DNA of 64,000 bases, taken from Octopus vulgaris (taxonomy: Eukaryota). Where the stretch lies: the NCBI GenBank assembly GCA_951406725.2, contig OX597814.1, forward strand, positions 97,464,001 through 97,528,000, in the 5' to 3' direction. Of this stretch, positions 24,992 to 36,449 are shown in pieces. Within the stretch, counting starts at the first letter, position 1; every line of letters starts with the position of its first letter. The notes beneath the pieces are model-generated. The model ran no database searches. It saw nothing but the letters and a program-made list of their open reading frames with translations, and was not told where the DNA came from. The position numbers and the translations under genes were made by a program.

Positions 24992-26452
24992 TATTTATAT
25001 AATTTATAAAGTTTGTTTAGCAAGAGTCGTCACTTTCAGATATCGCCCACTGGACAGCATTTTTCATAACACTTAACCGGTATCGAATTGTCAAGATTAA
25101 TTTACCCGGTATATGTACCCATTTTTAAAACGGTTGTGTGATCTGAAAAGAAAATCTGGGTACTAATTCTAACAGCTAGCACTGCTACATAAGGCTCCCT
25201 CATTTGCTCGCAGTGGTTGTTTATATAGACAAGGTTACAACACTTTTATACAATATGTAAATGTGGAATGCTGTTTTGTACAGCTTCATCTGTTTAGTAA
25301 TCAGAGTAAATGACTATATACTGAAACTGTTTGAAATCCCTTTGTAGCTAGGCTCCTGCAGAGTTTTCGACCATCAATCTCTGATTTTCCTATCTCAAGA
25401 TTATGACTTACCTACCAGACTGCTGTAAAAGGCAATATGTCGACATAAAAGGCCAAGGAGCATTAGTTGACTTGTTTATAGTTGATGCAGTCAATTTCAA
25501 ATGAAGTGTACGAATTTTCCTACCAAATAGCTTGATCGAAAGTTCAAGAAAAGTTTTGTTAGTGATTATAAAAGCTGGCGAATTCAACCTCAGAAGGGAG
25601 CCATCCAGCAGTCCACACGAAGCTATGCCGCTTTGTTCACTGATGTGGTTTCTCGCCCTTTTCTATTCCTCTTACTTAACATGCTTTCGTTGTGTTCGAA
25701 CTTAAGTTGTAATGTCGAATTACGCACACATTACTTATTGCTGCTGTTTTAACTTTTTCTAAATATCCCGTCTTCAATAACAATGAACTGCTTTCATAAT
25801 ATTATCTTGCATTAAATGAAATGCATGTACATATGTAAATATAAATGATGCGAGTAAATAAAAATATTTGGAAACTCAAATATATGATAGTATGGTCATT
25901 CTTGTCTTCACACGCAGCTTGCCTAATATTGTGAATTACCAACAAAGAATTAATTATTGAAACCCGTATCTAAAACATAATCAGTCCGGCAAGGATGTCC
26001 TATATCAGAGTTCTTGTACACGTTGCTATAGATGCTCGGTGTGTTGTAAATAATTTCGCTCAAACGCAGGACAGCCGAAATTGAAAGCGCCGATATCACA
26101 CTGAAAGGAACGAAATGGTAAACAAGAGCACATATAAACCGAAACAGGTCAGTGGGCATCTAACTGACATCTAAAGAAGCAGGTCTATGTCAGAAGCAAT
26201 TATTATTACATTGCAAGAAATTATTATTTTCTTATTTTTTATTTTTTATTCGTTTGCATTTGACTCGCGCTGACTATAAATATGAACGCTCCACAATTTT
26301 GCCCCATTTTCATTGATTTATCTGAGAAAAATTTAAAATTTTATTCGATAATATTATTAAAAAAACATATCTTTAAAGAATATATAACTGTTTTCCCTAT
26401 CGGCTGCTTTCAGGCGATAAATATTTTATACAATATCATGTCAAAACATGTC

Positions 26453-26612
26453 AAGGCAGCGAGCTAAGATAATCGTCAGCACGCTGGACGGTATTTCGCC
26501 CGTCGCTATGTTCTGAGTTCAAATTCCGCCGAGGTTGACTTTGCTTTTCATCCTTTCGGGGTCGATGAATTAAGTATGAGTGAAACACTGAAGTCGATGT
26601 AATCGACTTAAT
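26453..26612 (+). mobile_element. SINE family A
   Basis: Matches the family A consensus. Confidence 0.85.
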
Positions 26613-26690
26613 ACCTTTATAGATGGTCATGGTCTCACGTGGTGAAACCATCTAATAACGACTCCGTTCAGAAGGCTTGAATGATACATA

Positions 26691-27290
26691 TACAGGGTGC
26701 GAGGGGTATTTGAGAACAGTTTTGGTATACAATAGAACAACTATATTTCAGCATAAATAAATATGTATTTGAATAAACATTTCTGCAATTAGTCTTCGTA
26801 ATGATATTTTAAGCAAATTATTCTATGAAACCGCCTTCGGTTTCGATGACTGTTTTGAAGGGATGAGACGGTTTTTCTGTGTCTTTGCAGACACGATTTG
26901 GCCTTTCCTCATTACATAGGACTTGCATCGAATGTCACAATGTACCACAGTTCTGACAGTCCACTCTGACACGCGAAGTTCTTTAGCAATGGATCTCATT
27001 GATCTTCTGGGGTTTTCATCGATAATATTTTGAACATGTTGTATAAATTCCGGTGTCCTTTAGTGTCTTAGCATTGTGAATGCTTTTTCCCCTTTTAATA
27101 CAGGTGACACATTACCATCACATGCCTCCAATTCCAATCGAACTTTGTGTACAAATGATCTTGCAACATTTAGAAAGTGGCTAATTTCTAAATCACTGCG
27201 GTTTGTATGCATAGCAACTATGGCTGCATGTCTTTTCATTTCTTGACTTAGCATGATATCTTGAAAGGGTTATCCGAAAAAAAAAAGATG
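26691..27290 (-). mobile_element. Tc1/mariner-superfamily transposase relic (N-terminal HTH), deleted
   Basis: MLSQEMKRHAAIVAMHTNRSDLEISHFLNVARSFVHKVR is an HTH typical of these transposases; TA|cagggtg terminus at 26691. Confidence 0.65.
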
Positions 27291-28204
27291 CACTAAATAA
27301 TTTGAAGATGTAATGAACTAAAAACAAAATGTCCTCAAATACCCCTCCATCTCGAAGGAGAGAGACACAACCGAGTAGAATGTTTGAGAGATACTTTATT
27401 GATATGTTAACATGTGTGTCTGTGTCGATTACCTTGAAAATTTTGGTGCAAAGATGATTTTGTTCCAAAATCTTTAGAAGATATTTTGTAGCAGTTATTA
27501 TATGTTTTAGTCTGTAAACATCAGCAGTAGTGTACTACAATACAGCAATGTAGAAGAAGAAAGAGAACAACAACATCGAGGGTGAAAGGAAAACTAAGAA
27601 TAACAACTAAAAACGAGCCTAGTGGCAACGGCAACAACGAAAACAGAAATAAGAAACGAACAACAAGAAGTTTTCCCAACGCTGTTTTTAATGGAAAAGC
27701 CTGCTTGGCGTTGCTAACAAGGAAAAAGTGGCAGTAACAAAAAAATAATAATAATAATAAAACAAAATACCGACGAAAGCGAAGAGAGAAGAAAATATAA
27801 CAGTAACGACAACGCTGCTACTATCTTTAATGTTTGAAGCCAGATATCAGAAACAGCACGAAACGATTCCACTACTGCGACGACGATTTGATTGAGTGAC
27901 AACCATTATGGACAGACATTTTCTGATGACTCTGCTAGACCACAAAACAATACAAGAATTTCTGATGACTCTGCTAGATCACAAAACAATACAAGAATTG
28001 TGTCCCATAGAGAGTGCTGAGAGGAAGACATTAAAACTTGGCATTCAGAGCAGAAAGCCTAGCTGCTGCACAAGTGGTAGCAAAAAGACTTCCAGCTTAG
28101 AAGGCTAAAAACAGCAGCAGTAAGAACAACTCTGGTAGATTGCTGGTCCTTAAACACTACTGGGCATAACACTCAAGTCATTAAACAAAATCGCTCCATT
28201 CTCA

Positions 28205-28520
28205 TTAATGAAGATTCTGGAATCGCCAATGTTAAACATGGCAAGCTTAGAAAGTAAAAGTATGACGTATGTAGTCAGGGAAGTAGGATGTCGTAATCGA
28301 CGAAGGTGGACTTTTAAATTATATAGGGAGAGTTTACGAAAGAAAACAAAAGACGAAGACAGATGGTGTACAAAACAAACAGATGTATTAGTATAACGCC
28401 CAGGAATAGAAAAAGTCTTTTACGTTTCGAGCCTACGCTCTTCTACAGAAAGGGACACAGAAAAAACAAGGAGAGAAACAAGGAGAGAAAAAAATGTATG
28501 TAGTGGCTAACGATCTATAT
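28205..28520 (-). mobile_element. Penelope-like terminal repeat with hammerhead variant
   Basis: Minus strand ctttctgtagaagagcgtaggctcgaaacgtaaaag; layout parallels 48245-48437. Confidence 0.65.
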
Positions 28521-28729
28521 ACATTGTTTAAATTATGTGCTTTATTATACTTTTTTATTGTGTATAATGGAGTTTTATAAACTTTTAATCTGACTTTATA
28601 TATTGTTTAATGTCTTTCTCTTCTTCGCTCGTCCGTATAGAATTTGGAAGTCCACTATGCACGTATTTATAAAACCCTGCTTAACGTTCATTGTATTTTA
28701 TTTTGTCTCTTCGTGTTTGTGGCTACTAA

Positions 28730-29355
28730 AAGTGAGATGACGTTCTTGGGCAGACCCTGAGCGCCGAAGAAGATCAGCTAGCCGCTCATTTCCGAAGAAC
28801 ATTCGGGCCGGGACCGATGGATAATTTCCAACAATCTCTGGCCTGGTAGTGCTCCCGGGGAGCTTTGCCTGTTCAAGATAAACTTTACAGGTATGGAAGT
28901 GCCGTCAGCCGAGCATGTTCGAGATGCATGCAGGACGACGAGACAGTCCTGCATGCATTAATCCGGTGCCTGAACATTGCTGACCTGTGGGTTTATGTCG
29001 AACGTGTAGGACGGATCCGACTGTCAACTGATCCATCGTGAAAATCAACCTGCTGCCTTCCTTTAATCGAGAAGGAAAGGCTGTTTTTATATGCCTGGTG
29101 ACCACGGCAAAAGAGTATGTATGGTGGACGAGATTGAAGGGGCTTTTCTCTTTGGCCAATCTCTGATGAACTTTTTCGAGTTGACCTTAAAAAGGAAAAT
29201 AAGGGTAGGGAGGGAAGCGTTGTCTTCTAACCAGTTTGCTGGAAGGTGGATGAAAGTGACGAGAATGGTGCGAGTGAATGGGCCTACCCTGAGAATATGC
29301 CTGTAATTGGAAAAAAAAGAAAAGATAAAAGGATAAAAAGAAAGGATAAAAGGCA
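28730..29355 (+). mobile_element. L1/Tx1-clade LINE 3' end (zf-RVT, CCHC) with A-rich tail
   Basis: From 28850: CSRGALPVQDKLYRYGSAVSRACSRCMQDDETVLHALIRCLNIADLW (C-X2-C-X8-H-X4-C); A-rich tract after 29310. Confidence 0.82.
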
Positions 29356-29585
29356 CCTGCCCCAAAAGTCAGTATAAGTTTTTTTCCATGAGCATCCCTC
29401 GAACATCTCCTCCCTGTTAAGGATTACACAAAGTTGATTTGTTAGTCTTGTTTACACACAAAACCCTCACAACAATACTCATCCTTTCAAGGTCGATGAA
29501 ATAAGTACCAGTTACACACTAGGGTCGATGTAGTCGACTAGCCACCTCCCTCAAAGTTTCAGGACTTGTGCCTATAGCAGAAAGG

Positions 29586-29659
<74 letters not shown>

Positions 29660-30262
29660 CATTGAGTGAGAGAGCAGTGCATGTCATCAAACTGACGGTG
29701 GAGTACAAATATTTGAAGCCCAATATACGCATCGTAACTAACCGTCTGATAAGGGTACACCAGGCACATGCATGACAACCGCATGTGCGCGACATGGTAA
29801 TCTCATATCAAGATAAACAGTGCATGATCTTGCAGGTGGGGCCCAGTTAAAATTTTCTTCAGGTTGAGTAGCCCATCCCACTCAAAAGGTCCCTGAATAA
29901 GGTTTGTTTTAAGGTTGATGAACAAAACACCCCTGTTTCCAGGGATGAATTATTCAAATCCCAAAGAATTCATCTCAACACATAACTATGATGCTCTCCC
30001 ACTACTTCTTCTTGTGACCAGAGATGCACATATCATCGGCCACTAAGGGACAGGCTCAACTGGTTAATGTCAAACAACTGACAAGCAAATCTGTGGTATT
30101 GAGCAGAATATTTGGTGAAGCCCATCGTTTATACCAAGACAAAACAATGTCCATGACAACACTTCCAATCGGTTAAGATCAAAAATTGAGCAGAATATTT
30201 GTTTTATTGAGCAGAATATTTGCTGTAGCCCATGTTTTATTCCAAGATAAATCAATGTACAT
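29660..30262 (-). repeat. Unclassified non-coding interspersed repeat with (AAT)n tail
   Basis: GC-richer non-coding block abutting a (TTA)n tract; internal triplication of ttgagcagaatatttg. Confidence 0.45.
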
Positions 30263-30267
30263 GATAT

Positions 30268-30350
30268 TAAGTACCAGTGTAACTCTGGGGTTGATGTAAT
30301 CGACTAACCTCTTCCTCCAAACTTCAGGCTTTGTAGCTATAGTAGAATGG

Positions 30351-30432
<82 letters not shown>

Positions 30433-30467
30433 TAATAATAATAATATTAATAATAATAATAATAATA

Positions 30468-30523
<56 letters not shown>

Positions 30524-31512
30524 AGGCGGCGAGTTGACAGAATCGTTAGGACGCCGGGCAAAATTCTTAGTGTCATTTCGTCCATCTTTACGTTCTGAGT
30601 TCAAATTCCGCCGAAGTCAACTTTGCCTTTCATCCTTTCGGGGTGAATAAAATAAGTATGAGTTGAGTGCTGGGATCAATGTGATCGACTTACCCATTCC
30701 CCTAAAATTTCAGGCTTTGTGCCTATAATAAAAAGGATTACTATTATTATTATAACTAGAATTATTTCAACTGTCGACTGTTCATTATACCCCGCTGTGA
30801 GTATTAAAATCAAAACTAATGTCCTACAGAGAGAGAATCAATTGTCTCAATCTTCCTCACTTAAAAAAATGATTCTTATATCTGTCTGGTCGATAAAACT
30901 GCGCAAATGTCTGTGTATGCAGTTATATACTAAGAATTTGTAACAGCTAATACTTGGAAATTAATCACCGCGCACTTAATGTAATTTATCTATAAGCAGT
31001 TGTTAGTTTTACCTAATTATATCCAATAATGATTTCTGTAAATACGAGAAGCTGAGAAGGCTTCAATATCTAACCAAACAAGGTTGTTTGGTTAGATATT
31101 GGTTAGATAATGAAATTGATTCAGAACAGTTAGAACGTCGGATAAGTGCCTTGCGGTACTTCTTCCTACCCATTACGTTCTGAATTCAAATTCCGCTGAG
31201 GTCGAATTGGCCTTTCATCCTTTCGGGATTGATAAAATAAAGTACCAGTCAAGTACTAGGGTCGATGTAATCGATTCATCTCTCCCTCTAAAACTGCTGG
31301 CCTTTTCTCAAAACTTGAAATCATTACTGGACAGAATAACTTAGCGGTATTTTTTCCGGCTTTAGGTTCTTATTTCAAATTCCGCTGAGACCGACTTTGC
31401 CTTCCATTTTTTCGAGGTCGATAAAAGAAGTACCCCTCAAGCACTGGGATCGATGTAATCGACTTATTCCCTCCTCCAAAATTTCAGGTCTTGTGCCTCT
31501 AGTAGAAAGGGT
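30268..31512 (+). mobile_element. Cluster of SINE family A copies with (TTA)n/(TAG)n tails
   Basis: Copies at about 30268-30350, 30523-30745 and 31130-31510 (two). Confidence 0.8.
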
Positions 31513-31537
31513 TATTATTATTATTATTATTATTATT

Positions 31538-31815
31538 CAGTAGTTTTATTTTTATAGCGTGCTTTCACTTCACTACCGAGCGCAGCTCTGTGTGCCTTGG
31601 GTATGTGCTGTGATTTGTTGTGATGCTCTGATGGTTATTGTATGGAAAGTGTTCTGCGTAAGATGTGTGCAGTGCCTAGTAGTGCAATTTTCTGTATGTT
31701 ATATGTGTTTGTAAGTCCTGGTGTTTTTGTTATGTATTTGTCTGAATATTTTTTTATCATGCCTAATGCACCTACTATGATAGGAATTGTTTCTGTTTTC
31801 AGGTTCCACATTCCA

Positions 31816-31818
<3 letters not shown>
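31538..31818 (-). mobile_element. R4/Dong-clade LINE 3' end, 5'-truncated, inserted in a TAA repeat
   Basis: Open frame 31811-31635: MWNLKTETIPIIVGALGMIKKYSDKYITKTPGLTNTYNIQKIALLGTAHILRRTLSIQ*; (TTA)n on both flanks. Confidence 0.88.
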
Positions 31819-31891
<73 letters not shown>

Positions 31892-31892
31892 T

Positions 31893-32102
31893 AAGGCGGC
31901 GAGCTGACAGAATCATTAGCGGTATTTCGTCAGCCGTTACGTTCTGAGTTCAAATTCTGCCGAGGTCGACTTTGCCTTTCATCCTTTCGGGGTCGATAAA
32001 TTAAATACCAGTTGCGTGTTGGAGTCGATCAAATCGACTGGTCCCCTCCCCCAAATTTGAGGCCTGGTGCTTCCAGTAGAAAGGATTATTATTATTATTA
32101 TT

Positions 32103-32158
<56 letters not shown>

Positions 32159-32162
32159 TATT

Positions 32163-32232
<70 letters not shown>
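31893..32232 (+). mobile_element. SINE family A with long (TTA)/(TCA)n tail
   Basis: Family A consensus followed by trinucleotide arrays. Confidence 0.85.
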
Positions 32233-32233
<1 letters not shown>

Positions 32234-33078
32234 GATATGGTGCATATGTAGTTTAAAAACTACAATAATGCTCGAGACAGACTAGTTATCACACAATACA
32301 ATAAAGAAGATGTATATGTATATTTAAATAGCCACTAAGGTATAAAAACATATACAGGAGAATAATTCTACTTTTTCCCATAATACAAGAGATCCACCAC
32401 TTCCGTAGAGAAAAACTTTAGCCATCAATTCTTTAAGAATTGACTGCTAAACGTTCTAGATGAAAATTTTTTAATATTTCTTGAATTTAAACACTTTATA
32501 GCTTACATACGGTAAACAAGGAAAGTGGAATTTCATTTATTTCAACCAAAATAAAATCAACAAGCTACTGCAGACCAAACTTGGGTATTCATCTCAACTA
32601 TATTTCTTAACTTTACCATTTTCGAACACTATAAACTCCTAATCGATCCATATACATTCATTTAAGAATAAGCTTTTGTCCTTCATATGATTTAGACATT
32701 ATACATGATGTCTAGTGGATGATAAATTACGCTTAACGAGCTTTTTAGAAAATTTTACCAATCCCTAGAAAAATAATATTGCAGATATTACAACTGCATT
32801 TGTGCCATTTGGCTTAATCGGGCATGACTCAACGAGACATTTCAAATATATTTCATAGTTTATCTTTCCTTCAGTTAAATACAGCATAACATTAGCCAAT
32901 ATCGTCCTGCCTGCACTCTGTCTTGGTAAAAGATGTGATGGCCACTGCTTGAAAACTGTTGGCCACGTTTCACACTGTCGGGGCTTGTCAGAGGCTTAAA
33001 CAACGATAAATTCGAAAAACTGCTCCGGTAATTTATTCATACCACCTTAATAAATAATTTAATGCTCACATAGGCAAG

Positions 33079-33866
33079 GGATCTTTTCGGTTTGAACGGC
33101 AGTTTTTAACATAATTTCTAGGTAACTAAAAACTTTTAAACTTCGTATACTGGTAGAATGTGTTTATAAAACATCTTTTTCTCTTGGCTTTATTGAGAAA
33201 ATTCTATAGTTTGTAAGATATTTGGTCTTTAATTTCTTGCGTTTCGGCAATTTCAACCAATCAATGACCGTCTATTGAGGTAAAAACATTCTGTGCCGTA
33301 TGAATATGTCCCTCGTTTAAGAAACAGATTGGGTTTATTTACATTTGTGAAGATAAAAAGATACCCTTCCCACAACCCCTAACCCTAACCCTAACTAACC
33401 TTAAATCTAAAATAGATTGAAATGCAATAAATCGATTCTAGGGTCATAATTATGGGTGACAATTTCATATGACACCGCTAGAAAAAACGGCAGAAATTGT
33501 CACCCATAATTATGACCCTAGAATCGATCTATTGCATTTCAATCTATTTTAGATTTAGGGTTAGGGGTGGGGGGGAAGGGTATCTTTTCTTTCTTCACAA
33601 ATATAAATAAACCCACTCTGTTACTTAAATGGGGGACATATTCATACGGCACAGAATGTATTCACCTCAATAGACGGTCATTGATTGGTTGAAATTGTCG
33701 AAATGCAAGAAATTAAAGACCAAATATCTAACAAACTATAGAATTTTCTCAATAAAGCCAAGAGAAAAAGATGTTTTATAAACACATTCTACCAGTATAC
33801 GAAGTTTAAAATTTTTTAGTTACCTAGAAATTATGTTAAAAACTGCCGTTCAAACCGAAAAGATCC
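33079..33866. mobile_element. Palindromic (inverted dimer) MITE with internal TTAGGG repeats
   Basis: Arms 33079-33466 and 33493-33866 are near-perfect reverse complements with a 26-bp spacer; termini ggatcttttcggtttgaacggcag / ctgccgttcaaaccgaaaagatcc; (CCCTAA)3 near 33377. Confidence 0.92.
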
Positions 33867-33894
33867 AAGCATATACAAAATACATGGTATTCTT

Positions 33895-34740
33895 TTTTAT
33901 CTTTTTCTTGTTTCAGTCATTAGACTGCCGCTCTGCTGAAGAAACACCTTGAAGAATTTTTAGAAGAATGAATCAACCCCAGTGCTTTTTATTTTTTTAA
34001 GCTTGATACTTATTCTGCAGGGGTTTCTTGCCGAACCACTAAGTTACGGGGACGTAAACACTCCAACACCTTGTGCGTGGATTTGGTAGACGGAAACTGA
34101 AAGAAGCCTGTTTAGGCGGCGAGCTGGCAGAAACGTTAGTCCGCCGGGCGAAATGTTTAGCGGTATTTCGTCTGCCGTTACGTTCTGAGTTCAAATTCCG
34201 CCGAGGTCGACTTTGCCTTTCATTCTTTAGGGATCGATAAATTAAGTACCAGTTACGCACTGGGGTCGATGTAATCGACTTAATCCGTTTATCTGACCTT
34301 GTTTGTCCCTTCTGCGTTTAGCCCCTTGTGGGTAGTAAAGAAATAGGTATTTCATCTGCCGTTACGTTCTGAGTTCAAATTCCGCCGAGGTCGACTTTGC
34401 CTTTCATTCTTTAGGGGTCGATAAATTAAATACCAGGTAATCGACTTAATCCCTTTGTCTGTCCTTGTTTGTCCCCTCTATGTTTAGCCCCTTGTGGGCA
34501 ATAAAGATATAGGAAACTGAAAGAAGCCTGTCTTGTGTCTGTCCCCCACCACCACTTGACAACCGGTATTGGTGTGTTTACGCCCCCGTGACTTAGTGGT
34601 TCGGCAAAAGAGAACGATTAAATAAGTACCAGGCATTAAAAAAGTAGTGCGGTCGATTCATTCGACTAAAAACTTCTTCACGGCGGTGCCCCAGCATGGA
34701 CGCGGTCAAATGACTCAGACAAGTAAAAGAAAAGGTAAAA
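33895..34740. mobile_element. Nested SINEs: family B (minus 3' half, then plus copy) with a family A dimer inserted
   Basis: 20-bp TSD ggaaactgaaagaagcctgt at 34092-34111 and 34512-34531. Confidence 0.88.
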
Positions 34741-34855
34741 TATATAGTCGACTAAGAATTAGCCATCTCTTAATCGTTCTGTTATCTAACAACCGATTTT
34801 AATAGCCAGTGCAAAACCGATTGATAAAATCGGCTGTAATGGCTTTGATTTATGC

Positions 34856-34924
<69 letters not shown>

Positions 34925-35624
34925 TATATAGCGAAAAAAAGTTTAAGAAGTTACTTTCACCGTGTTTCAGTATCCTGTTAATCCCCAATTCAAAAAGTTA
35001 CTTTTACATTTTGAACCAAATCTCAGAACCACCTAATCTGTATGTGGGAGGGGCGTACGTTTGTGTGAGTATGTTGCTGTGTGTATACATATACATATAT
35101 GTGTATATACATACACACTTTTATCTCTGTCTATATCTCTCTCTCTCTCTCAAGCGCACACAAACCTACCTAACGTATCCTACACGAGAGCTAGGCATGA
35201 CATATATATACATTTATTCTTGTTACAGACATTACCAAATTTTTGAGATTCCCTTATAAAGATGAAAGCAAGAAATATAACACTCAAGAGTTAGTCTATA
35301 TAGCATGTTTTTACCTCACTTATGTTCCAGGGTAATTTACCAATGCCAACAGCATTGATGGCTTGACTATTAGGTTTCTGTGCAACGAAACGGATACAAA
35401 AAAAACCATCTATTTATATCGGAAGACATGTCTATTTGTCTTGGCATGTAGCTCAGATTTACGCTCGAATACTTTTCTCTATGTTGGTATAATAAAAAAA
35501 TTTAATGAGCCAGTTTCTAAATTTGTATCGTATATATACAGCCTGACAAATAGATATCATTTGACAAAAGTTATCTATATGACTGAATTACTAAAACTTC
35601 ATATCAAAACGTATCTTTTAACTG

Positions 35625-35808
35625 TTATCTCTTGCTTTTTCTAGCCGTTGGACTGCAGCCATACTGGGGCACCGCCTTGAAGAATTTTTTAGTCGAACAA
35701 ATCAACCCAAGTATTTATTCTATCGACTTTTTGGCGAACCTCTAAACTACGGGGACCTAAACATACCGACACCGGTTGTCAAGTGGTGGTGGGTGGGGAA
35801 CAAACACA

Positions 35809-35846
<38 letters not shown>

Positions 35847-36005
35847 ACAGGCTACTTTCAGTTTTCGTCTACCAAACTCACTCACAAGGCTTTGGTCGGC
35901 CCGACGCTATAGTTGAAGACACTTGCCAAAAGTGTCACGCTGTGGGACTGAACCCGGAACCATGTGGTCGGGAAGCAAACTTCTTACCACACAGCCATGC
36001 CTGAT
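35625..36005 (-). mobile_element. SINE family B
   Basis: Full-length reverse complement with internal (CA)n. Confidence 0.87.
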
Positions 36006-36449
36006 AAAAAAAAAAAAGAAAAGGAAAAGAAAAACGATAATGTGTATGATACGATAAACTTGTTTCACTGAGCATAGACTGAATGGAAATCAATCTCTCG
36101 ATTTCTGTTTGAAGCTTTGTTTAAATTTGAAGCTTAGTAAGCAAGAACAAGGTCTTACTCATTTCGAAGCTGTGACTGCAACCGGGACTGTCACTTACAT
36201 ACGGGTTTCTCTAGTTTACCGTAGACACTGCTCTACCAAGAAGACCAAAACAAGACTATACAGGAACAGATCTCCGGTTTCGAGAAATTAACGAATACCT
36301 CAACCTGTAACTATCTAACTTAGGATGGACTTAATTCCACTTTTTTATGAAGCGTACCCTTTTATATATTTACTCATTTATTTATTTATTTATTTATTAG
36401 TTATATACTTTCGTGGCTGTGTTCAATAAATTTTTAAAGAAAAAAACAT

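Noticed and set aside
25020-25500. Possible Helitron/PIF1 helicase remnant next to the Helitron
   Set aside because: Only a weak YVAV-like match; insufficient evidence
27919-28000. CTGATGA motifs in a tandem duplication of about 40 bp
   Set aside because: No stem II or GAAA element; simple local duplication
32875-33027. Plus-strand exon-like segment with good acceptor and donor
   Set aside because: All three frames contain stops before the donor; at most a non-coding exon, with no further support
33375-33400. Interstitial telomeric repeat marking a chromosome fusion
   Set aside because: Only about three units, and they are an internal part of the palindromic MITE
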